Shown piece by piece: positions 53,523 to 64,000 of a stretch of 64,000 nucleotides of DNA. Positions within the stretch are counted from its first letter, which is position 1. Each line of letters starts with the position of its first letter. Source of the DNA: Octopus sinensis (taxonomy: Eukaryota); NCBI RefSeq assembly GCF_006345805.1, contig NC_043003.1, positions 28,210,001 to 28,274,000 of the forward strand, written 5' to 3'. The notes under the pieces were generated by a model. It was not told where the DNA came from. It did no database searches and saw only the letters and a program-made list of their open reading frames with translations. Both the position numbers and the translations under genes were made by a program.

Positions 53523-54681
53523 CAGGTGCGGTGAATAAACTGTCGTCTAAATTACGCAAAAATGAAAATAACACTGACATCTCATGATACACGTACCAAA
53601 ATTGCATAATAATATCTTGAAATACTAAAGAATAAATTTATTCAATAAAATTGCCATTGGCTTCACTACGGCCTCCAGGCGACTTCAGAATCTCCTGCAA
53701 CTCACCTGGACGGTCTCCTTGTTTAAGTTGGTGTATGCTGCCATAATCTTTGATGCTGCCATAATCCAGATACTAACGGTGATGTGGTCACAGAAATTGT
53801 CTGACAGTCATAACTGGGTTTTCCTGCTTATGTGGCATGGTGCAGAGTCCTGGTGCCAGACATAGGGTCTTCCAGCAACCACCCTCTTGACTCAGGGCAG
53901 CACTATCTCTTCCAGGCACTTGATGTAGGCCTCCATATTGAGTTTGAGGCCGTGTGGGAAGATGAATGGAGGCATAACATCGCCATCGGTAGTGATAACT
54001 CCAAACACCATGATGTTGATTGGATGTTTGATTCTTTTCACTCTTGGTACGTGTTTTGGGAAGACGGCAAGCAAACGGTTGTTCTGTGTGTTCACCATCT
54101 GATCCTGGTAGAAATTTTTCTCGTCTAAGAAAAACCAAAGCACGTTCGGTTGGAGGGGATGCTTAAGTTTGTTCAAAAGCTTCATAGCATGGTCTTTCTT
54201 CTTGTTCTTGATGGCTTGAGATAAAAATTGGCACTTTCTCATCTTGCATGGGAAATACCGAATGTCTTCAAGTACTACCTACCTAATAAGAAACTCTGAC
54301 ATTCCTATGTCCCTGGAGAGACCGTTGTCAATCATGGCCTGGATCTCACCAACAAATTCAGGAGTTCTTTTCTGATCAGAACGATCAGAGTGAGTTTTCC
54401 GAGTTTTTATCATTAGACTCATCCAACTCTTTCCGAATCCTCTGCACTGTCCTCAGCTTGACACCCAAACACTCTGAAATGTTCGTATTGGGGCTTCTGG
54501 CGCGAGTGCCAAGCAGTACAGCATGTCGTTTCCAAATTTCAGGCAGAGTAATTTGCATCATGATGTTGTTTTTCTCACCCTACGACCCTACGATACTGTG
54601 TAGTCGACAAAATTCAAAAACAAACAATGCGCATGCACGAAATTAAAAATATAAAATGGAAACAATTTAACCATCGCACCC

Positions 54682-54683
<2 letters not shown>
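53523..54683 (-). mobile_element. maT-type Tc1/mariner copy 2, near full length (1161 bp), decayed transposase
   Basis: Imperfect TIRs; WFFLDEKNF..QNNR..KHPINIMVFGVITTDG..FIFP. Confidence 0.9.
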
Positions 54684-54771
<88 letters not shown>

Positions 54772-54774
54772 TAG

Positions 54775-54814
<40 letters not shown>

Positions 54815-54864
54815 CATATATGTATGTATGTACATTATATATATATATATATATATATATATTT

Positions 54865-54917
<53 letters not shown>

Positions 54918-55904
54918 GGTGGCGTCATTGAAGGATAAAACAATGCGAAGTGCATTGTGACCAGTGATGTGTAGCAACATCTGATAGCCTGGTCGGTCAC
55001 GGTGATATATATATATAATAGATGCATTTAAGAAGACATAGCAATCGTCAGTGGACGGTGTTAGTGAGCAGGTCACGGAAGTCGGTGAACCTTTTGATAC
55101 TTCATAATCGACAATATTTTTGAGAAATAAACGAAAAATGAATTGCACTTTTAATTTATTTGGTTATGACTAAAATTACTCTTCTTCGACAAAATATCGT
55201 TGTTACGTCCGAGTGCATTGTCAAGGACTGAAGGAGCTAGTGTAATCATGATCATGCGCGCGCACACACACACACACATACATACATACACACACAGAGA
55301 GGCGTGCATTTCTATTAATACTTATATATACATATATATCTGTGTATATTTGTGACCAAGTATTAAAAACTGTCACTTCGTCGGTTATGTTGACGAGTAT
55401 TTCAGCTGGTTCGATCAGCAGAAATCCTTGCACGCGAAATTAAACAAGCAAATGGCTGAGCACTTCACAGACATACGTACCTTTAATGTAGTTCTCAGGG
55501 AGATTCAGCGTGACACAGAATGTGACAAGACTCCCTTTGAAGTAAAAATACTGTTCATTTCTGCCAGCATAGTGAATTGGAACAACGCTCAAGGACACAA
55601 CGTACCGCCGGTAATCGAACTCACGGTCTTGCGATCGTGAGCGGAATACCCTAACGAATAAGCCACGCACATTCACAATATATGAGTCAAAGTAAGGCGG
55701 CGAGCTGGCAGAAACGTTAGCACTCCTGGCGAAATTCTGCCGTTACGTTCTGAGTTCAAATTCCGCCGAGGTCGACTTTGCCTTCTATCCTTTCGGGATC
55801 GATTAAATAAGTACTAGTTACGCACTAGGGTCGATTACATCGACTTAATACCTTTGTCTGTCTTTGTTTGTCCCTTCTATGTTTAGCCTCCTGTCAGCAA
55901 TAAA

Positions 55905-56330
55905 GAGTGGCTGCGTGGTAAGTAGCTTGCTTACCAACCACATGGTTCTGGGTTCAGTCCCACTGCGTAGCACCTTGGGCAAGTGTTTTCTACTATAGCC
56001 TCGGGCTGACCAAAGCCTTGTGAGTGGATTTGGTAGACGGAAACTGAAAGAAGCCCGTCGTATATATGTATATATATATATATGTGTATATCTATAGGTA
56101 TGTGTGTGTATATGTTTGTGTGTCTGTGTTTGTTCCTGCCAGCATCGCTTGACAACTGATGCTGGTGTGTTTACGTCCCCGTAACTTAGCGGTTCGACAA
56201 GAGACCGATAAAATAAGTACTAGGCTTACAAAGAATAAATCCTGGGGTCGATTTGCTAGTGTAAAGACGGTGCTCCAGTATGGCTGAAGTCAAATGACTG
56301 ATACAAGTAAAAGAGTAAAAGAGTAAAAGA
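55905..56330 (+). mobile_element. SINE with CORE-like ccttgggcaagtg segment and internal microsatellite; partial copies at 50302, 61690, 21880(-), 30190(-)
   Basis: Recurrent gatttggtagacggaaactgaaagaagcccgtcg...gaataagtactaggcttaca. Confidence 0.78.
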
Positions 56331-56462
56331 GATATGAGTCAAAGTATTAATATTAGAAAAAAATGAGTTTTTCCATTCACATCTGAATCACCTCCCTCCA
56401 GCGTAGCTCTGTCCAAATAATTCTACATTATTCATTATAATTAATAATCAAGGAGTAATTAC

Positions 56463-56531
56463 CGGATTTGCATTCCTCCATACTGGTACAACAGACTGGT
56501 CAATGACGCTGCCAACAGTTTTTCCAAATGC
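56463..56531 (-). CDS. aGPCR exon 1 in window (GAIN A helix): AFGKTVGSVIDQSVVPVWRNANP
   Basis: tcatttcag|GCA...CCG|gtaatt; 69 nt, phase 0/0; fits GAIN-A pattern F..TV..L.D.....W. Confidence 0.78.
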
Positions 56532-56754
56532 CTGAAATGAAACAAAAATTTGGTAGAATATCAAAACATTTCGAAGAATATCAAAGAATTCGATCCGAAC
56601 ATTTTTTTTGTTAGTTAATTATTGATTTCTAATAATATTACATAATCATCAATTTTGTGACATGGAACAGTCGATTGAAACAACTTCAATATTTGACTGA
56701 TACTTTATGATATCGATCTTAAGATGGAGAAAGGACAAAGTGAATATTGGCGAG

Positions 56755-57084
56755 ATTTGAACACAGAACGTAAAGGTACTGATTTGTAATATTGTAAGTT
56801 TTGGGACAAGGCCAGCCTTTTCGGGGGGAGGGGGTAAGGCGATTACTTCGACCCCTACCCCTATATTCAACTGATTCTTATTTTATCGCCTTTATGAAAG
56901 GTAAGTCAACCTCGGCGGAATTTGAACACAGAACGTAAAGGTACTGATTTGTAATATTGTAAGTTTTGGGACTAGACCAGCCTTTTCGTGGGGAGGGGGT
57001 AAGACGATTACATCGACCCCTACCCCTATATTCAACTGGTTCTTATTTTATCGCCTTTATGAAAGGTAAGTCAACCTCGGCGGA
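56755..57084. repeat. Direct tandem duplication of a ~165-bp SINE-derived segment
   Basis: atttgaa anchor recurs at 56755, 56920 and 57084. Confidence 0.85.
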
Positions 57085-58861
57085 TTTGAACTCAGAATAT
57101 AAAGACAGACGCAATGCCGCTAAGCAGTTTGCCCAGCAGCTAACGATTCTGCCAGATCGCTGCAGTAATATTGATCAGTAATATTAGCTCAAGACAAGGG
57201 AGCAAGGTGACGGAATATTTAGCACTTCAGACGAAATGCTTAGCGGCATTTCGTTCTTCGACTTTGCCTTTCAACCTTTCGGGATCGATAAATTAAGTAC
57301 CAGTTGAGTACTGAGATCGCTGCAATCGACTTGACACCTCCCACGTAACTGCTGGTCCTTGTGCTGAAATTTGAAATCAACACCAACTCAAGGCTAAGCA
57401 CTTCCATGCTTTTCGTATGCAAGCCGGCTGGGCTCGCTCTGAGTATTCTAATTAAAAACGAATCCTGTCACATTAAATAAGGTGAAAAAATGTTTTTTAT
57501 AGACAGTGACTCATAATGTAAAATAAAAATAATTTCCTTGAACATTACTAGGGCTCAGAGAGCCGGTTACTCCGTTTCTGTGGAATATAAGTAACCAAGA
57601 TCACGTCATTACTCCTGAACGGAACGTTGATCCATCGCATGGTTACTCATTTGTAACTGAATGACCTGGAGAACTTGCAATAAAATGTTTTGTTCAAGAA
57701 CACAACATACCTATTTCTTACTACCCACAAGGTGCTAAACACAGAGGTGACAAACAAGGACAGACACACGGATTAAGTCGATTTCATCGACCCCCCCCAG
57801 TGCGTAACTGGTACTTATTTAATCGACCCCGAAAGGATGAAAGGCAAAGTCGACCTCGGCGGAATTTGAACTCAGAACGCAGCGGCGGACAAAGCATTTC
57901 GCCCGGCGTGCTAACGTTTCTGCCAGTTCGCCGCCTCAAGAACACAACATTTCACCCGATCTGGGAATCGGACCCACGATCTTCCGACCGTTAGTGCACG
58001 CAACACCCGTAACCACTAGGCCATACGCCTGCATAATTCATAACGATGGGAACATTTTAAAAGTAGCAAGGTCTAAAACAAGCTCGTAAAAAAATTGTAT
58101 AACGTAGGGTGCGGCCGAAAAACCCATCCATATTTTATACGGCCAAAAATGTAGACTTAGTTAATGTTAAGTAGATGATACCATTGTCATCATATCGCAA
58201 ATATTTTACCGTTTTTATTTCGTTATAATTATGGTTTAAGTCGGCGCATACTGTGAGTTTACTTTTAAGCATTTATTAAAAATGGTGAATTCGTGAGATC
58301 TTTTTTTGTCGTATCCTGTATGAAATATATTGAAATGGTTTTAATTAAAGTACATATTAACAGATGTTAATGCATATCGTTGCATTTTGTTTCAAAGGAA
58401 TATACATGCGCTGGAGTGGTGAACTAAATAAACTCAAATTTTCCATTCTAAAGTCTTCTAAAGTCGAGTGTTGTTGCTACTAGAAATACAATTAAAGTCG
58501 TTCCAGCCGCGGCTACTCTCTTTAAGGATTATATTAACCAATGTGACTATTAAAAAATTATGGTTGGTTGTGATTTGAGGGAGGATTAGCTACTATTAAT
58601 AACAGGTAGAGAGAACAACCTAGAAGATCTCTTGAACTGCGTTCCCCACCAAAAGTCCAACTATGACCACCACTACCAATGCTGCTGTTAGCTTGTTCAA
58701 CACCTCGTTTTCTGTCGTATCAGTAAAACCTTGATCCTTTTTTTATGATCAGATTTATCTTTATATCTATCTGTCTTTCTGTCTGTCTGTATATATATAC
58801 ATATGAATGCATGTATGTATGTATGTATGTATGTATGTATGTATGTATGTATGTATGTATG

Positions 58862-58893
<32 letters not shown>

Positions 58894-59008
58894 CATACAT
58901 ACACATATATGTATGTATATATATATGTATATATGTATGCATGAATGTATATATATATACCCCCCGCGTGCATACCCCCTATATATATATATATGATTTA
59001 TATATTAT

Positions 59009-59051
<43 letters not shown>

Positions 59052-60224
59052 ACACTATTATTAGCTTGAATAGACAACCTTTTCTCAGTGAATGAGAATT
59101 CCCACCAGGACAAATTTAAGGAACTCCTGTAGAGTTGAATAGTCAGGAAGAATTTTCTTTTCGACTTTTATGGGAATACCACTTTTCCTCCACCTTCTCC
59201 TCCATTTCCTTCTTGTTATAGCAACCACACCCAAGTCCTCAATAATTATTGCACCGTCATTAGTTCTCTTCAACAGTGACGCCCTTCAAATTTCTATTTC
59301 TGGTTTTAATATTTGTTTGCTTAACATCTTAACCTTGTAAAATCAGCAAACTTTCAACGTTTCTTCCATCAGATATGAAGATATGATTTTTTTTAATGGG
59401 TGGTTGATGTCTTGCTGTGTTGTTGTTGTTGTTGTGATGGTAGTGGTCGTTTTGTGCCTGCGTTTGTCTGTGTTTGTTTGTATGTGCGTGGGCATTTGTG
59501 TGTGTATTTTAGTTCTTGGTCAGTTGTCATCGAGCAGAGAACTACTATCATAGGTACTGCAGTCATACCTATCTTGTCCATTAATTAGACGGTACGCTCA
59601 AGGCTACAGTCTTTGCCATCGTTGTTCTGCCTCAGCTCAGCCAGCTCTGATCCAGCGCACATATGATCAAAGGCATTTCAGCCATGGCCATCGCGGTTTT
59701 AATTCAGATATATATCAAGAACAATAGTTCTTGTTATTGTTCTTCTGCCCCAGGTCAGACAACCCTTATCGCACTTGATCAAACATGTTCCAGCCATAGC
59801 TCCCCCCTCTTGTATCCAAACACAGTGTACCAAGGACTACAATCTTTGTTATTATTCTATAACCTCAGGTGACTCCTCATCTATCACTCATATCATCAAA
59901 AATTGCCGTGACCATCATGTGATCCTTACCTATTAAGTATTCAGACTATGTATTTCTTGGGACTAGATTAGCCAACGTATCCTCCTTATTGTTATTCAGC
60001 CCAAGTTTAGTTATGACCAGTGCAATATTATCCAACAACAGCAAAAACAGAATCACCAACAACAGCAATAACAATAACAACTAAATCAACATCAACAACA
60101 GCAACAATCACAATAGCATCTACGTTAACAGGTCAGGTCATAAATTATAATCAGGTTTCAGAGGGCGCTGTTGTTGTTATTGTTACTGTTATCGTTATTG
60201 CTGTTGTCTTCTTCCAATCAGGAC

Positions 60225-60672
60225 TCACGTCATTAGCCACAAAGAATAATCTCTAATTCGAGCCTACTCTAAGCTACTAAGAATGCGTGTGGCAACTTGA
60301 AGATCCACCCACCACACGCGATAGACCGACAGTTGCACGGGCGCGAAAGCTACGTTGTTATCCTCATTCCGTAAACGGTGGCTTTTACCGGGTGGAGAGC
60401 TGAACCATGCTGGGGTACAGAGGATTTGCAACCTAGACTAGGGTCTGAACGCTTACCACACCATAGTGGGTTACACCATGGTTCCTCTGTTTTGTGGAAG
60501 AAGTAGGAAGAAAGAGTGAAAGTTGTGGTGAAAGAGTACACCCCCGCCGGAACCTCGTGGAGCTTAGGTGTTTTTGTTCAATAAACACTCACAATGCCCG
60601 GTCTGGGAATCGAAACCGCGTTCTTACGACCGCGAGTCCGCTGCCCTAACCACTGGGCCATTGCACCTCCAC
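60225..60672 (-). mobile_element. tRNA-derived SINE, inverted paralog of 9181-9660
   Basis: Reverse complement aligns along its full length with 9181-9660. Confidence 0.8.
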
Positions 60673-61726
60673 CATTGCTGTTGTTGTTTACCTCTAGGTC
60701 AACCCAAATCGAAACCAACCCAACCGTGCCCATACCGTATATTTTATTCCATCAGGAACAATATACATTATCATGTACTATCATCATTATCCAATGTGTT
60801 TCTTATTGCGTAAGACCGTAAGACAGAGGGACATTGGCTGTTATTTCTAACAAATTGAACGACCACATAGTAGACACCTCACGTTGTTTCACTTTATCTA
60901 ATCTTCGTTGCTTTCATACATGGCTGTCATGAGTTCAAATCACACAGAGATTTGCTTTCTAATATATCCCATTGCACTAACTTCACCTTCCTACCTCAGT
61001 GAATGCCCATCGAGTGTAAATGAATCAAGCTACCCAGGCACCCGGATAACCAGACGCACTGATACTCGATACCTGACAGGCACACGGTATAAAACCAGTA
61101 AGACGGAGAGTTGGCAGAAACGTTAACGCGCCGGGCGAAACGCTTGGCGGTATTTCGTCTGCGTTACGTTGTGAGTTCAAATTCCGCCGAGGTCGACTTT
61201 GCCTTTCATCCTTTCGGGGTCGATAAATTAAGTACCAGTTACGCACTGGGGTCGGTGTAATCGACTTAATACCTGTGTCTGTCCTTGTTTGTCCCCTCTG
61301 TGTTTAGCCCCTTGTGGGTAATAAAGAAATAGGTATAAAACCATGTACTCGGTGACATACCCTTGTTATAGCTGATGTTAAGATAAAACTCAGAGTATTA
61401 TAACAGAGGTGGTTGTAGTAGTGGCAGCAGCAGTAGCAGTATCATTAGGAGTAGTAATAATAGTAGTAGTAGTAACAACAGCAGTAGCAGCAGCAGTACT
61501 AGTAGCAGTAGTAGTAGCAGCAGCAATAGTAGTGGCAGTGGCAGCAGCAGCAACAGTGGTGGTGATGGGGATGGTGGTGGTGTTGGTGGTAATGGTGATG
61601 TTTGTAGATTTTGTATGAAGACATGTGGTCATACATGGTCGATGGAGGCCTCCGAGCAGCTGTTCTGCTGAATAACAGCGCCTCCTAGTGAAGGATTTGG
61701 TAGACGGAAACTGAAAGAAGCCCGTC

Positions 61727-61762
<36 letters not shown>

Positions 61763-63186
61763 GGTGCTTAAGGTATTTGAGGACATACCTTTTTGGGGTC
61801 ATTCCTGCATTATTTGCTAACTCTGTATAATCTTTGTCTCAGAAAATAATAATGGCAGACCCTAAACTTACTCAAGAAATGAAGACGTACGCTGTTATTG
61901 TGGTTATATATATATATATATATATTTGTGTTTGTGTCTGTGTTTGTCCCCCCACCATCGCTTGACAACTGGTGTTGGTGTGCTTACGTCCCCGTAACTT
62001 TGCAGTTCGGCAAAAGCAATTGATAGAATAAATACTAGACTTACAAGGAATAAGTCCTGGAGTCGATTTGTTCGACTAATATCCCTTAAGGTGGTGCCCC
62101 AGCATGGCCGCAGTCAAAATGACTGAAGTACGTACAAGAATGAAAGAATAAAAGAATACACGGCCGGTGGAGGCCTTTGAGCAGCTGTTCTTCTGTTGAG
62201 CAGTAACGCTTCCTAGTGAGGGTGCGTGGTTTAGTGTTTCGGGAACACGGCTCACGATCGTAAAGTCGTGAGTTCGATTCCCGGCGGCGCGTTGTAAGAC
62301 ACTTTATTTCACGTTGCTCCAGTTCACTCAACTGGCAAAAATCAAGTAGTACCTGGATTTCAAAGGGCCAGCCTTGTCATATTCTGAGTCATGCAGAATC
62401 TTTCTGAGAACTATGTTAAGGGTACGCGTGTCTGTGGAGTGCTCAGCCACATGCACGTCAGTTTCACGAGCAGGCTGTTCCGTTGATTGGATCAGCTGAA
62501 GCACTGGTCGCCGTAACCGACGGAGAGCCAGTGCCTCCTAGGGGTCCTTTTATTAGTCCACAGGGGGCTGCAATGTCAACGGAGCTATCTCAATACATCA
62601 TTAGATCGCTGGGTGTTTCGAGGGGTCGTGATTGTTTCTTAGATGCAAAAATATTTAAACCAAGTTATCAGAATCGCTAACACATAATCATCATCATCAT
62701 CATTGTCACCGTCATCATCACTATCGTTACCGTCATCATCATCATCATCATCATCGTTATGATCATCACATTTATCATCCCCGTCATCATCATCATTATT
62801 ATCATCATTATCGTCACCACCAGCATCGCCTCTGCCGCCGCCACGTCCTCGACGACGACGACCACACCACCATCACTAGCGCAACATCCAGCAAACACCA
62901 CCACCATAACAATCTCCACCACCACTACGAATATCACCGCCAACCACCACATAATACCTACACCAACAAGTCCACCACTACCACCATCACAGCCACCACC
63001 ACAACAACACCACCATCATGCCGCTTCCACAACCACCACCACCACCACCACCACCACCACCCCCACCATCACTATCCCCTCCACCACCACCACCATGACA
63101 ATCACCATCATCGCCATTATAATATCCACTACCACTACCATCATTACCATCATTATCATCAATATGATCACCACCAACACCATCAA

Positions 63187-63247
<61 letters not shown>

Positions 63248-63524
63248 GTCGTCGTCCCCGACATTGAACTAACAACGCTCCTGCTAAGAGCGTTCCAAGC
63301 TCAAATGGGGCTGCATATGTCAAGTGCGCGTCACAAAGAGCTCTGGCAGTTTGGTGAGGATTGTAATTTTTCATACAAATAAACTTTCCGATTTAAGAAA
63401 AAAAACAATAACTGGCGCTCCCTGCGACCCATAGAGCGCTCCCTAAGCCTTTGCTGATCTCTTAATATCAGTTGATTACTAGGAAATTTTACCTAAAACA
63501 CAATTTTAGCAAAATAATAATAAC

Positions 63525-63576
<52 letters not shown>

Positions 63577-64000
63577 TAATAATAATAATAATAGTAAATA
63601 AATAAATAAAATGAAAAAATAAAATAACAACAAATCTATGTTCAGATTAATATATAAATATTGCATTGTTATCAGTGAGAAGAAGGCATGGTTGATGAAG
63701 TGTCAAGATATAATGAAATTTCATTATATAAGTTCTTGCCTTGTTTAGTTATTGCCATACAAAAAGCATGGTTGTGTGGTTATGAAGCTTGTTTAACAAC
63801 CATGGGATTTCGGGTTCAGTTCCACTGCGCGGCTCCTAACGCAAATGTCTTCTATAGTCACCCAAAGGGAAGAATGCTACTGTTATTTAGGCCTAGGAAA
63901 CACCGGCTCCTGTTGGACTTGACGCATTTCCTGTGTCTTTATGCTACTGCATAAATCTTTCTGAGAGATTTAGAAATATTTTCTATTTTCAAAAATCAGT

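Noticed and set aside
58660-64000. Candidate further upstream GAIN exons (e.g. ~58680-58715, ~63890-63960)
   Set aside because: Weak donors and no motif support; the upstream exon is left unassigned

Overview
Eukaryotic, AT-rich DNA dense in microsatellites and SINEs. The SINE and transposon complement looks like octopod cephalopod (Octopus sp.), which is an inference. The window lies inside one minus-strand gene. I read 15 GT-AG coding exons (56531 to 838; 1443 nt = 481 codons, all splice phases compatible) encoding GAIN/GPS + 7TM of an adhesion GPCR whose 7TM most resembles ADGRD1/GPR133. I did not find its N- or C-terminal exons in the window. The introns hold a 5'-truncated CR1-group LINE, RTE and R4/Dong-like retrotransposon fragments, three maT (DD37D) Tc1/mariner copies, a deleted mariner, a hAT 5' fragment, a MITE and many tRNA-derived SINEs. 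The most striking signal is a set of type I hammerhead ribozymes found by hand-folding. Three sit one per unit in a ~490-bp ORF-less tandem array (22647-23972), which is the architecture of a non-LTR retrozyme that would release ~483/492-nt monomers able to circularise. One sits in each arm of a 677-bp palindrome (30431-31107), and one is a solo copy (16454-16529). Every well-formed, intact-core copy is antisense to the host gene, and the sense-strand copies I found carry core mutations. Folding was done by eye and no activity has been shown.
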